A stretch of 64,000 bases of DNA from Candidatus Kerfeldbacteria bacterium CG15_BIG_FIL_POST_REV_8_21_14_020_45_12 (GCA_002781785.1 PFGC01000041.1:145-64144); one strand, 5' to 3'; numbered from the stretch's first letter, positions 54,342 through 64,000 are shown. The notes: generated from the sequence alone by a model not told the origin. Program-made: numbers and translations.

Positions 54342-55438
54342 GACTCGGATTCTTGCTCGTGAGTTGGCTCAGGTGCCGGTGACAATCCACTGGCCATCGA
54401 ATTTTTAGCTGCGGACTCATCAACCAAAGACGAATATGACAAGACTCGCGATCCTTTCATATTATCAACAGTGCGCTCCAAGCCAGATCTAAGATCAGTA
54501 ACAGGAAACCACCCGAGGTAACGCTTCGCCCGCGATATGTCAGGAGGCGAAAACCTAACCAAACCCTTCACCGCATCACCAAACAGAAGATTAGATTTAG
54601 AAGCGGTCAAATCAATTATGTACTGAGCTACAGTTATTATTTTATGTGTCTCTGGATTTCCTAAATTGACCGGGTCATTCGTATTACTTTGCATCAGAGC
54701 TACAATACCTTGAACCATGTCGGAAACATAACAGTAACTATCCTCCTCAGTACCGTCACCCAATACCTCTAAATCTTGCTGATCCAAAGCTGCTTTTACT
54801 AAGTCAGGAATCTGACGACCGGAACGCAATGCCATACGCGGACCGTAGGTATTAAATATTCTGGCAATCTTTGTGTCCATGCCGTAAGCCAAGTGATAAG
54901 TAGATGTGAGAGTTTCTCCAAAGCGCTTACCCTCGTTGTAACAGGCTCGCTCTGACATTGGATCTACAAATCCCCAGTAATCTTCCTGAAAAGATTCTTG
55001 TCCATCCAATGGATCTCCGTAAACTGCTCGAGTTGAACCGAACAGGAACTTGGCATTATACTTTTTAGCAATTTCCAAGGAATTAACAACGCCGACTGAG
55101 TTAGCTTGAGCGGTAGCCACAGCGTAACCCTCAAATCCCATCTGATAGGTAGGACAAGCCATATTGTAAACTTCTTGGATACCTTGAAACCTAACTTGAA
55201 AAATCTCGGTATCTGGCAAAGACTCCAAATCGATCGGCTCTGTAATATCGTGTCGCAAAAATACAAAGTTTGGATGCTGCAGTAGATGTTCTATGTTTTG
55301 TACTGAGCCACTTGCGTAGTTATCAATACAAATAACCTTGGAGGTCTTTATCAGTTCATCACAAAGATGTGAACCAATAAAACCAGCACCGCCAATGACC
55401 AGGACGTTCTTTTTATCGAAAATGACTTTACGTGCCAT
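54338..55438 (-). CDS. uxs: UDP-glucuronate decarboxylase (UDP-xylose synthase)
   Basis: VLVIGGAGFIGSHLCDELIK..VICIDNYASGSVQNIEHLLQHPNFVFLRHDITEP parallels the UXS N-terminus (..LDNFFTG...N..H...HPNFEL.RHDV). It sits adjacent to, and downstream of, ugd and the epimerase. Confidence 0.8.
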   Translation of the reverse strand: MARKVIFDKKNVLVIGGAGFIGSHLCDELIKTSKVICIDNYASGSVQNIEHLLQHPNFVFLRHDITEPIDLESLPDTEIFQVRFQGIQEVYNMACPTYQMGFEGYAVATAQANSVGVVNSLEIAKKYNAKFLFGSTRAVYGDPLDGQESFQEDYWGFVDPMSERACYNEGKRFGETLTSTYHLAYGMDTKIARIFNTYGPRMALRSGRQIPDLVKAALDQQDLEVLGDGTEEDSYCYVSDMVQGIVALMQSNTNDPVNLGNPETHKIITVAQYIIDLTASKSNLLFGDAVKGLVRFSPPDISRAKRYLGWFPVTDLRSGLERTVDNMKGSRVLSYSSLVDESAAKNSMASGLSPAPEPTHEQESES

Positions 55439-55503
55439 ATCTCCTCTTCAATCGCCAATTATCTCCTCCATATATCTTCTACAGTATAGAAGATTTCCAG
55501 GAC

Positions 55504-55950
55504 TTATTCAACCTTCTCAAAATCCTCGTTGGAGTTATACAGATCCTCCCGGCGTGGGAAGGTCCAAAATTTCTGTAAGGCAAAGTTTAAGCCGCCAGCA
55601 CTAACTCCAGCCATCACCTTAGCTATTACGTCGTAAACGTCAAACTGACTAACAAACAGCCATAATAATGTCTGATTAAGTGCCAAAGCAATGCCAGATG
55701 ATGAATAAAAACGAATCAGTTGGCCGTGAGTAAACCGCAATTTGTCATTAAAGGTCCAATGCTTATTCCAAATAAATCCATTCACACCTGAGACTAAAAA
55801 TGAAATGACAGCCGCCGTCAGGTAATGATCTCCAAACCACGGAATACCTCTAGTTAAACCAAGATAAACTAAAACGTCTAGGGCAGTATTGCCAACGCCT
55901 ACCACCCCAAATCTCACCAATTGTCCAAATAAGTTTTTCATATATTTCAA
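55504..55950 (-). CDS. GtrA-family membrane protein (polyprenyl-phosphate-sugar translocase-like)
   Basis: RFGVVGVGNTALDVLVYLGL is a GtrA-like first helix. Four TM helices in about 148 aa. Confidence 0.7.
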   Translation of the reverse strand: MKYMKNLFGQLVRFGVVGVGNTALDVLVYLGLTRGIPWFGDHYLTAAVISFLVSGVNGFIWNKHWTFNDKLRFTHGQLIRFYSSSGIALALNQTLLWLFVSQFDVYDVIAKVMAGVSAGGLNFALQKFWTFPRREDLYNSNEDFEKVE

Positions 55951-56010
55951 TCACTGTACCAGATTGATAAAATTCAGGAAAGCGTGAACCAAGATAAAGA
56001 CTGCTAATTT

Positions 56011-56038
56011 AAATACAGCTGGATATCCAGCTGTATTT
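56011..56038 (-). terminator. Perfect 28-nt palindrome, probable intrinsic terminator after the GT4 gene
   Basis: AAATACAGCTGGATATCCAGCTGTATTT lies about 20 nt downstream of the stop at 56059 on the minus strand. The U-tract is weak. Confidence 0.35.
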
Positions 56039-56058
56039 ACTTCTTAACTCTATTTGAT

Positions 56059-57231
56059 TTACTGCATTCTGGCGCTGACGGCAGCAGACTCTGCAAAGAC
56101 CGTTGGGGACTGCTTTTCATATACCTCTTGAGTGGCTTGCGCAACACTCGACCAGTGGTAATTTGCATTGACGTGAGAACGCAGCAATCTACCCGCCTCC
56201 TCTACTGCTGTTTCACTCGACAAGCAAACTGCGAGCTGTTCTCGTAAATTATCAACATTTCTATTCTCGAACAGGAAGCCCTTGTTTTGTACTAATTCTA
56301 CATTACTGGGAATGTCCGAAGTTAGCACGCCAAGCCCATAACTACCCGCCTCAAGTACAGCCACAGATAATCCCTCTGACTCAGACGGTTGCACGTACAG
56401 GTAAGCATTACTAAACAATTCTTCAAGTATTTGACCGCTCTGATAGCCGGTGAAAATAATGCGATCGTCTCCTTCAGCTAAAGCTTTAAGTTCTGCAACA
56501 TAATCATCCGTCTGTGCCGAGTCTCCAACTATTACGAGTTTTTTATCAGTCTCAACTCCCTGAAAGGCCTTAACCAAGTAGTGAGCGCCTTTGTGTCTAA
56601 CTAGTCGTGATACCATCAATACATATCCTTGTTCTTGCAATCCCCACTCTGCCGTAATCATAGATGGGCGCCTGTACTGCACCGTGTTAACTCCATTTGG
56701 AATATAAATAGCTTGAGCATTGTATTCGTTGAGAACATATCGCTGAAGATCTCGTGAAACAGTAATGGTCTTATTTGCAAACCTAATAGAGGCCTGCTCT
56801 CCTAATGTCAGCATAGTTCTAGCAAAGACCCCCCACTTTTGGTGAAGACGGTCAGGACTATGAAAGGTTGATACAACTTGAGCACGCGGTCTAAGTAACC
56901 GTGGAATCCAGGCCAGTAAAGATGGGCCTACACTTTGGTAGTGAAAGACATCAACCCGCTGAAACAAGGCGTGTACAGTTGCAAAAAAGGTATGACTAAT
57001 AGTATCTAGATGTTTCGTGTGGATAGATGGCACAAACACTATTCGAACATTCGAGTGCTGTTTCATGAAATCCTGAGCGGCCGCCTTGGTGACGTAGTGT
57101 TTCCGAGCATAGACCACCACTTCGTAGCCTAAACTACCCAGCTGTCTAGACAGATTATCAACGTGGACCTCAACACCACCCCAGGTCGCTGGAATGCCTT
57201 TTTGTCCGATTATAGCTACTTTCATATGCAT
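56059..57231 (-). CDS. Glycosyltransferase family 4
   Basis: N-terminus KVAIIGQKGIPATWGGVEVHV and the E-x7-E region YVQPSESEGLSVAVLEAGSYGLGVLTSD. Confidence 0.75.
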   Translation of the reverse strand: MHMKVAIIGQKGIPATWGGVEVHVDNLSRQLGSLGYEVVVYARKHYVTKAAAQDFMKQHSNVRIVFVPSIHTKHLDTISHTFFATVHALFQRVDVFHYQSVGPSLLAWIPRLLRPRAQVVSTFHSPDRLHQKWGVFARTMLTLGEQASIRFANKTITVSRDLQRYVLNEYNAQAIYIPNGVNTVQYRRPSMITAEWGLQEQGYVLMVSRLVRHKGAHYLVKAFQGVETDKKLVIVGDSAQTDDYVAELKALAEGDDRIIFTGYQSGQILEELFSNAYLYVQPSESEGLSVAVLEAGSYGLGVLTSDIPSNVELVQNKGFLFENRNVDNLREQLAVCLSSETAVEEAGRLLRSHVNANYHWSSVAQATQEVYEKQSPTVFAESAAVSARMQ

Positions 57232-57387
57232 AGATATTGGAATGGAGTCCCCTCGATTGCTCTTAAGTAGTATTTAAGAGGACCGAAGACTTTATCACAC
57301 ATGTCGCATTTTGTCAATACCTATCATGCAGTTGCTTATATATCAAAAAAAGGCCACTCTCGTAAGAAATAAGGCCTATTTTATGGG

Positions 57388-59280
57388 TTATTCTACTACC
57401 GCCCCACTGGCACTAGTCGCCCCAGCCGACATTAAAATAGCTGATCCTGTAAAAGCATCTGTAGTAACTGCCTTAGTATCTAACGTAATCGCAGGTATTT
57501 GTCCTATTTGCAGATGATTTGGGGTAAGCCAAACCTCAAATTGAGCTCCATAGGCATCTGACTGCGGTGGCAAGGCCGGGATTTTCCAAGTGACTGTGCG
57601 AGTTGATTCGTCGTAAGTTAGCTCAGTTCCAGCTGATACACTATTTTCTCCTGTCCATTCGACCTGAGTAGGCAGCTGGGTTGTTACTCTTGTACCAGCA
57701 ATAACATTGTTCACATTCCGCAGAGTCATCACAACTCGATAAGCTGTGACTTCCCAAGCCCTTGGCGGATTAGGCCCATATCCTAACTGCTCACCTCCGG
57801 GAGTTGTGTAAACCGTATCAACGCCAAGCTCAACCCGAGAATTAAATTTGGTGACAGAACTTGCCGCAGGTATAGCAATGGTCTCATCAACTAACGGAGC
57901 AAACACTGAACCAGTTACTCGGAGACTAGCACTCACATTTTGAGTAGTTAAAATGGTCGTCGGTATGCTTAAAGTAATAGTCGCCGACTCACCGACAGCC
58001 AACTCTTCTATTACCGGTAACACCAGAAAACCGTCATTTAATGTAACTGACTGACTGACTTCGCGCTCGCCAGATTTTACCACCGCAGCAGTTGCTCGTG
58101 ATGGTACCAAAGCAGAACCCGTAGCAAAGACTTTTAGGGCCACTTGCTGCATCACACTGTTTCCAGCATTGCGAACCGTAATAGTACTTGACAGCGGGAA
58201 TCCAAAATTCAAGGCGACGGGCGACTTAAGCGTAGCTACCACTCTAGGCAAAATAAGACTAACTACATTACTCTTACCACCGTCGTCGAATAATCTAGCC
58301 GAATCAATAATTTCACTTTCCACCCCACTGGTTCCAGAAATCCTAACTTCAGTTTCCAAATCACCAAGCACAACCTCATCGCTAGTTGGCTGTATAAATA
58401 TACCCGTCAATGGTATTCGCAATTCTTGACCAGCCGCTATCGATGGAATAGTAATCTGCTGAGTAAATACATTCAAAGCTGCCTCACTGTCTCCAGCGTC
58501 GATACCAGCTGCTCTAAATCCAGCCGGAGCGCTTAATGTTAATAGAATATTTTTTCTCGGCACAATACTATGATTAATCAAAACCAAAGTCCCTTCAACT
58601 GGCTCGCCATATACCACGGCCTTAGGTAGCTCGAGCCCCAATTCAAATGATGACTTCAATACTGAAAAATGATGTGTCGCCGCCTCGTAAAAAGTTCTTC
58701 CTGCTGACTGGTAATCAGCAATAATCCTAACATCGTAGGTTTCACCAATATCACCAAAAACGACTCCAGAAATAGTTACCACACCTGAACTACCACTAGG
58801 CAAGCTACCTAACTCAACGTGCTGTAAACTATGAGCATTATGCTGTTCACCTGGAATGTACCCCTCTGGTAAATATATATCCATAGTGGCTTGTTTTAGG
58901 TCCCGCCCTGGATTGCTATAAATAACATTTACATGCATAGGCTCTCCACTAACCACCTCTGACGTAGTCACTATCTGTAATTCCAAGTCAGCCGGAACAA
59001 AATATAAATAATACCAGATGCCCATCGCCAAATTTACAGCAATCAAAATAAATGTGACGACTGAGTAAATAATATCAACAACTAGGTGATGGCGCCGCCC
59101 TTCATACTTATCCGTCATGAAATGAATCCAAATTGGAAAGTATAGATGAGAAAACTTCCACCAAATAAACTTTGTCAACCTAGTAAAATTTGGCAAATGA
59201 CGGTGATGAAACCGTTGCTTGGTCTGCTCAGTTTTAGCTATATCTGATTTCATCTGGTCAAAATGAATTAAAGATTCCAA
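57388..59280 (-). CDS. Hypothetical membrane-anchored extracytoplasmic protein (630 aa)
   Basis: Two N-proximal hydrophobic helices, then about 480 aa of T/S/V-rich, probably beta-rich sequence. No catalytic motif recognised. Confidence 0.4.
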   Translation of the reverse strand: MESLIHFDQMKSDIAKTEQTKQRFHHRHLPNFTRLTKFIWWKFSHLYFPIWIHFMTDKYEGRRHHLVVDIIYSVVTFILIAVNLAMGIWYYLYFVPADLELQIVTTSEVVSGEPMHVNVIYSNPGRDLKQATMDIYLPEGYIPGEQHNAHSLQHVELGSLPSGSSGVVTISGVVFGDIGETYDVRIIADYQSAGRTFYEAATHHFSVLKSSFELGLELPKAVVYGEPVEGTLVLINHSIVPRKNILLTLSAPAGFRAAGIDAGDSEAALNVFTQQITIPSIAAGQELRIPLTGIFIQPTSDEVVLGDLETEVRISGTSGVESEIIDSARLFDDGGKSNVVSLILPRVVATLKSPVALNFGFPLSSTITVRNAGNSVMQQVALKVFATGSALVPSRATAAVVKSGEREVSQSVTLNDGFLVLPVIEELAVGESATITLSIPTTILTTQNVSASLRVTGSVFAPLVDETIAIPAASSVTKFNSRVELGVDTVYTTPGGEQLGYGPNPPRAWEVTAYRVVMTLRNVNNVIAGTRVTTQLPTQVEWTGENSVSAGTELTYDESTRTVTWKIPALPPQSDAYGAQFEVWLTPNHLQIGQIPAITLDTKAVTTDAFTGSAILMSAGATSASGAVVE

Positions 59281-61336
59281 AACTACTGGTTACAATTTCA
59301 TCACTGCCGTCTCCATCTATATCTGAAGTCGAAACCAACACACCGCTACGATCAGACTCTTCGTAGGCAAAAAATCCAGCTGATAACATCTTACCATGCC
59401 TATTGAAAATTCGAATATGCGGCCCTCCGCCAGGGCCCGAAGCTGCTATAATTTCTGCCTTTCCATCCCCATTTAAGTCACCCACGGCCATATTTACACC
59501 AATGCGAAGATGTTGATCAAAGGCGAAAAAACCTGGATCTACTAACTGACAACGATTATTAAAAATTCGAATGTGCGGGCCGCCTCCAAATCCTGCTGCT
59601 ACCACAATTTCTTGTTTTTTATCGCCATCTAAATCACCCACTCCGACATTGACTCCACCAGTAAAGCCATCGCCGTATACCCGGCAGCCAGGATTAAACA
59701 GATTACCTGTCATATCATAAATTTTTACCTCTGGAACACCAGACGCATTGCCAGTCACAATATATTTCTTTTTACCTCCATATAAAGCGCCTACTGCTAT
59801 ATTAACACCTCCACTATAGCCGCTTCCATAAGGATCAAATGAGGCAATCTGCTGATTGCGGCTGTTGTATATCTTTACGCTAGTACCATTAGCAACTACC
59901 TTTTTTCCAGAACCAGACAGTCTGTGTACCTGGGTTCCACCTGGGAATGATCCGTCATAGGAAAAGAAGGAGTTTCTAATCTGATTACCACCTCCGTCAA
60001 AAATTTTGGAAAAGGCTCCATTAATAAATGTCGTGTCTTTTATAACCTGTAAGCGCGTTAGCAGTAAAATACCATCTCGAGCGGGTATAGTTATTGATCC
60101 CACTAAATCACCTGAATTCGTCGAGGGGTCCTGCTGCCCAGAAAATTTTTCGTAGCCAGTGTTTAGTCGAATGGTTTGATCAGAATAGGTTGTATTAACA
60201 AAAACGCTAACCTCTTCATAATCTCTTCGCCAAACGCCTTCCCGTAGCGTAGTAGGATCACTCGGTTGCAAAACATTGTAAGCTCCACTAATCGGTTCAC
60301 CCAGAGCAATGTCGTACTCGTCGTAATACCATTTTTCATGATGAGTTTGATCACCATTATCAAAACTATAATAACCGTTATCAAGCAAGGTCGACATTAA
60401 ACCGAACCGGAATTGTTGGTAGTCAGTTTTATTTCCAGTATTTCCAGTGTTTGAATTAATAATACCAATTTGATTTGGAACGGCGTTTTCAATAATAAAC
60501 TGATACTCTTCCATGGAAGACACCCAGTCTCCGTAAACAGTATTTGGAAAATGCTCAAAACCAACTCCATTCAACTGCTTATGATACCGCGTGCCACCGT
60601 TTCCAGTAATTAGGAATGAGTTACCCCTATTCTTGTTAGCACTCTTTCGTGTTTTCTTTAAAAATTTACGAACCCCCTTCCGCCACTGCGCATTAACCTT
60701 AGAACCGGACTCTGCCCTACCATCTAAATTTGTATCAATTCCTCTACTAACAAATGAAGCGCCTTCCCAAACATTGTCCAAAAAAATTCCATCCCAGATT
60801 TTATCCTTTACAATAGAATCGCGAACAAAATCCGCATACCAATCATTAAACCTCTGACCATTTACCTTAGGTGCCTGATTAGTCATGTTAAAGATTGAAT
60901 TTCCGGGCCACCATCTAGCTGCCGCTCCGCTCTTTTTTTTCAAAACCCAGCCTGGATTCTCTTCAAGCTTTTCCCCAACGTGCTGCCTTGAGGTACCAGC
61001 ATCAAGTGAAGCGGCATCTTTTCTGATATCAGACAAAGAAATGTATGCCAATATTTTTATGTCTGGGTTTAGTTTTTTTATGTAACGCAGACGATCGCGC
61101 GAATAATGTTCACTCTCAGCATCAATAATCAACACGTCCCACTCCGCTAAGCTCTCAGCCTCTGCGTCAGAATCAATGCTCCACTTGAAATTCCAATTAG
61201 CAATTGGCGAAGCACCTTCAGGTCGATGTATTGCCATCACCGGACTAGGCAAGACTCCAAAACAAGCTACAGCAAAAACAGTCGCTAGACTTGCCAGTTT
61301 AATTAAATTCCAGCTACTTGGTTTGAACTTTTTCAT
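59258..61336 (-). CDS. Secreted two-domain protein: N-terminal GH114-like TIM-barrel (endo-alpha-1,4-polygalactosaminidase/PelA-hydrolase-like), C-terminal FG-GAP/integrin-alpha-like repeats
   Basis: N-terminal signal peptide. WDVLIIDAESEHYSRDRLRYIKKLNPDIKILAYISLSDI fits the GH114 pattern (ydvvviD.......v..Lk..g..viaYlS.Ge). The C-terminus has three or more Ca-binding FG-GAP-like repeats (DLDGDGKQEIVVAAGFGGGPHIRIF, DLNGDGKAEIIAASGPGGGPHIRIF, DIDGDGSDEIVTSS). Confidence 0.5.
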   Translation of the reverse strand: MKKFKPSSWNLIKLASLATVFAVACFGVLPSPVMAIHRPEGASPIANWNFKWSIDSDAEAESLAEWDVLIIDAESEHYSRDRLRYIKKLNPDIKILAYISLSDIRKDAASLDAGTSRQHVGEKLEENPGWVLKKKSGAAARWWPGNSIFNMTNQAPKVNGQRFNDWYADFVRDSIVKDKIWDGIFLDNVWEGASFVSRGIDTNLDGRAESGSKVNAQWRKGVRKFLKKTRKSANKNRGNSFLITGNGGTRYHKQLNGVGFEHFPNTVYGDWVSSMEEYQFIIENAVPNQIGIINSNTGNTGNKTDYQQFRFGLMSTLLDNGYYSFDNGDQTHHEKWYYDEYDIALGEPISGAYNVLQPSDPTTLREGVWRRDYEEVSVFVNTTYSDQTIRLNTGYEKFSGQQDPSTNSGDLVGSITIPARDGILLLTRLQVIKDTTFINGAFSKIFDGGGNQIRNSFFSYDGSFPGGTQVHRLSGSGKKVVANGTSVKIYNSRNQQIASFDPYGSGYSGGVNIAVGALYGGKKKYIVTGNASGVPEVKIYDMTGNLFNPGCRVYGDGFTGGVNVGVGDLDGDKKQEIVVAAGFGGGPHIRIFNNRCQLVDPGFFAFDQHLRIGVNMAVGDLNGDGKAEIIAASGPGGGPHIRIFNRHGKMLSAGFFAYEESDRSGVLVSTSDIDGDGSDEIVTSSFGIFNSF

Positions 61337-62495
61337 AAATAGATACCAGTTCAGCTATATGCTTGGCCGCTGGAAACGGGTCATCCAATCCTGCGAATGA
61401 CCTCATATTCAACACCTTTTTTATAGATTTTGCAAGTCCTGCCGTGTCTCCAGGAGTAAATAGCTCACCAGTCTTTCCTGGGGAAATTAACTCCGGCAAA
61501 CCACCATGAGCTGAAGCTACCACGGCCGTGCCAAGGGTTAGGGCTTCGTAAACAACCAAAGGTGCATTTTCATACCACAAAGATGGTACTGCTAGAACCT
61601 GTGATTCCTGCATAAGCTCGCGCACACGCTTTGCGCTAACTGATCCGAGTAATCGACAGTTTTCTAAACTTCGTCTTTCAATTTCAAACTGCAATCTTTC
61701 TCGCTCTTCTCCGTCTCCGGCAAATATAAAGTTAACTTTTGGAAATTTACCAGCCACCTCTAAGAGTAAATGAGCTCCCTTTTCATGAACCAATCTGCCT
61801 ACAAATAAAACTTGTGCTTTTTTGATCACCTCACCATTTTTCCTAAAATTTACAAAATGAGGTAAATAAGTCAGTTTCTCAACTGACCATCCCCAAGCTT
61901 CCATGCGCTCCTTCATGAACTTGGAAGGAGCAATATAACGATCGACTTTCTGATAATTCTTCAGTAGTAAATTATGCGTAACCATTTCAACCGCCGATAA
62001 CGCTGAGGCCAGCACGCTATTGCGCACACATCGATACCTAATGGCATTCCAATAACTGTGTCGCTTACAGCGCTCACACGCCTTTTGTTGAGTGTACATT
62101 TGGTAATTTGGACACAACACTTGGTAGTCATGCAGCGTCATCACCACTGGCAGACCAGCTTTCTTCAGTGTAGAAATAATCGCCGGCGTCAATTGGTGAG
62201 CAATGTTATGCAGATGCGCCACATCCGGCTTAGTATCAACGATTAATTTTTTTAACTGCCGCACGGCGGCTCGCGAATAAATAAACTTGGCAGCTTTGCC
62301 TAAGGAAATATCTGAATTAAAATCAATAGCCGGCGCAAAGTATTTTGACCAAGGTGATTGATGGTTGCGTTTATCCTGCATGGAAAAATAAACAACCTCA
62401 TGGCCCGCCGCCCGCAACGACTCAGTTACATCAAAAAAGTAGCGCTCTGATCCACCGTTCTCATAAAAAAACTTATTTACCTGCAAGATTTTCAT
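61314..62495 (-). CDS. Glycosyltransferase family 4
   Basis: N-terminus KILQVNKFFYENGGSERYF and the E-x7-E region YENAPLVVYEALTLGTAVVAS. Confidence 0.75.
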   Translation of the reverse strand: MKILQVNKFFYENGGSERYFFDVTESLRAAGHEVVYFSMQDKRNHQSPWSKYFAPAIDFNSDISLGKAAKFIYSRAAVRQLKKLIVDTKPDVAHLHNIAHQLTPAIISTLKKAGLPVVMTLHDYQVLCPNYQMYTQQKACERCKRHSYWNAIRYRCVRNSVLASALSAVEMVTHNLLLKNYQKVDRYIAPSKFMKERMEAWGWSVEKLTYLPHFVNFRKNGEVIKKAQVLFVGRLVHEKGAHLLLEVAGKFPKVNFIFAGDGEERERLQFEIERRSLENCRLLGSVSAKRVRELMQESQVLAVPSLWYENAPLVVYEALTLGTAVVASAHGGLPELISPGKTGELFTPGDTAGLAKSIKKVLNMRSFAGLDDPFPAAKHIAELVSIYEKVQTK

Positions 62496-63580
62496 AGAAA
62501 CGACTGGTATAGTTTTTCATATTCTGCAACCATAACATCTACTGTGTACTCTCTTCTAACCATCTCGAGACCAAGGCCGGCCAACGCTCGCTGTCTTTTG
62601 GGGTCCCGCATTAATTCACTAATAGCCTCTCCTGCTAACTTAGCAGCCTCAAAATTGACCAACAAGCCAGTTTCACCGTGGCGAACAATTTCACGCAAGC
62701 CGTCAACGTCAGCCGCCACTACCGCACAACCCGCCGCCATCGCTTCTAAAGCGGCCAGGCCCAGGCCTTCCCAACGCGATGGCACAATAGCAATGTCAGC
62801 TGCTTGATAAAATTTTTCAACATCATCTCTTCTACCAACAAACTTCACCTTATGCTGCCAACCAAGCTTCTTAACCTGATCTTCTAATCCTAAACGCTGG
62901 GACCCATCGCCGACAAAGGTTAGTCTAAAATCATCTGACACGTAAGCCAAAGCCCGCAATAATGAGGCTTGGCCCTTCTCAGGATCCAACCTACCAACTA
63001 CGACTAACTCTACTGGCTTGTGAGACTCCCTGACAACATCGCCAGCTTTCACAAAGCGCTCAACATCTATTCCATTGGCAATGACCTGCACCTTATCTTC
63101 CTGTGCTGGACTCTGTTCCTTTACGTAAGCCGCCACCGCCTCTGACACTGCAATAATTTGAGTCTGATGTTTACGAGCGCGTTTCTTTAGTAGATTTTTC
63201 AGAAATCCCTCGTTTTGATTTACACTGTGTTCAGTTGAAATTACTATTGGAACATGTGCCCGACTTGCAGCCTGTGTTCCCCAGACGTCTGCAGCAAATA
63301 AATGAGTATGAACAATGTCAGGATGAGTTTGTTGAAACTCCTGAACTAAATCCTCGTACAACTCAATCCCAAGTTTGTCGTTTTTTTCTATCCAACAAAC
63401 TTTAATACCAGCCACCTCCAAGGCGTGCTTGGTAGCATCGCCGGCCCTCGGAGCCAAACCTATAACATCAACTAAAAACTTATCTGGCGAAGTACGGGTT
63501 GCCAACTCATAAACAATCCGCTCAGCCCCACCGGTGCCAAGTCCATCAATGATGTGCGTAATATGTGGTCGACGATTCAT
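62492..63580 (-). CDS. Glycosyltransferase family 4
   Basis: N-terminus ITHIIDGLGTGGAERIV and the E-x7-E region SRWEGLGLAALEAMAAGCAVVAADVDGL. Confidence 0.8.
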   Translation of the reverse strand: MNRRPHITHIIDGLGTGGAERIVYELATRTSPDKFLVDVIGLAPRAGDATKHALEVAGIKVCWIEKNDKLGIELYEDLVQEFQQTHPDIVHTHLFAADVWGTQAASRAHVPIVISTEHSVNQNEGFLKNLLKKRARKHQTQIIAVSEAVAAYVKEQSPAQEDKVQVIANGIDVERFVKAGDVVRESHKPVELVVVGRLDPEKGQASLLRALAYVSDDFRLTFVGDGSQRLGLEDQVKKLGWQHKVKFVGRRDDVEKFYQAADIAIVPSRWEGLGLAALEAMAAGCAVVAADVDGLREIVRHGETGLLVNFEAAKLAGEAISELMRDPKRQRALAGLGLEMVRREYTVDVMVAEYEKLYQSFL

Positions 63581-64000
63581 AATTTTTCTCTTTTATCAAA
63601 ACTATAACCTTGCTGCTTACTAACCATCGCCACCGCCGAGACCGCCAAGCCTATGGGGAACCACAATTTCGCTACGTAATAAGATGTCTGGAACAATTGA
63701 AAAAACAAAGTTCCGGCCACCATCATAAGTAATGAAACTAGCAAATAAGCCCAGTCACTATCGAGGGATTGTTTTCGATAAGCTGAAAAAACTTTCCACA
63801 ATACAAACAAGCTCATGGAAAAATATGCAACCAGACCAACAACTCCCAACTCGCTCCCAACCTTTTGAATAATTCCGTGAGAATCAAGCGGCGCACCGAA
63901 CTCCTCTATATAAACCCGATTGCGCTCAAGTGTTGGGATGAACGTTCCAGGCCCTTGTCCAAATAGTGGATATTCCTGAAACATCTCCAAAGCCACATCG
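63577..64000 (-). CDS. O-antigen-ligase/polymerase-family (Wzy_C domain) membrane protein, C-terminal fragment
   Basis: The gene continues past the window edge. The fragment carries the Wzy_C periplasmic-loop signature PLFGQGPGTF....APLDSHGIIQKVGSELGVVGLVAY (G.G.G.F...H......E.G..G), followed by TM helices. Confidence 0.55.
   Translation of the reverse strand, partial: DVALEMFQEYPLFGQGPGTFIPTLERNRVYIEEFGAPLDSHGIIQKVGSELGVVGLVAYFSMSLFVLWKVFSAYRKQSLDSDWAYLLVSLLMMVAGTLFFQLFQTSYYVAKLWFPIGLAVSAVAMVSKQQGYSFDKREKL

Overview
This 64 kb window is almost entirely one cell-envelope glycan biosynthesis and modification supercluster from a bacterium of moderate GC (about 43-47% by eye). The gene content has CPR/Gram-positive-like and archaeal-like flavours, but I cannot assign the organism from sequence alone. 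There are no rRNA or tRNA genes, no CRISPR arrays and no transposases.

Content, in order: the window opens with an adenosylhomocysteinase 5' fragment, a PfkB kinase and a sugar nucleotidyltransferase. After that come at least seven GT4 and three GT2 glycosyltransferases, two Wzx-like flippases, a Wzy/WaaL-like ligase fragment and a GtrA-like protein. There are also several large polytopic, possibly GT-C-like, membrane proteins.

Nucleotide-sugar enzymes include GDP-mannose 4,6-dehydratase with an adjacent reductase, UDP-glucose 6-dehydrogenase with UDP-xylose synthase, a WbpB/WbpE-like oxidoreductase/aminotransferase pair and four further NAD-dependent epimerases. Other tailoring genes are two SAM methyltransferases, ATP-grasp, HAD and GNAT enzymes.

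The unusual parts are:
- A sulfate-activation set (ATP sulfurylase, APS kinase, and a DHH/NrnA-like probable pAp phosphatase) with no CysH and no recognisable sulfotransferase.
- Two paralogous AlkP/NPP-family proteins, each operonic with one of two paralogous small ribbon-helix-helix-like proteins. These small proteins share a C-terminal R-L-x-S-L-G-Y-[LI]-D tail.
- A module of glycerol-1-phosphate-dehydrogenase-like enzyme, cytidylyltransferase and CDP-alcohol phosphotransferase, plus a second CDP-alcohol phosphotransferase elsewhere.
- A CapK-like adenylating enzyme fused to a C-terminal ParB/sulfiredoxin-like domain, next to a PLP aminotransferase.
- An ATP-grasp plus GATase1-like pair beside a GC-richer acidic ORF, diverging from a TrmB-like regulator.

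All calls rest on motif recognition in the supplied translations and on operon context. Nothing has been checked against a database.
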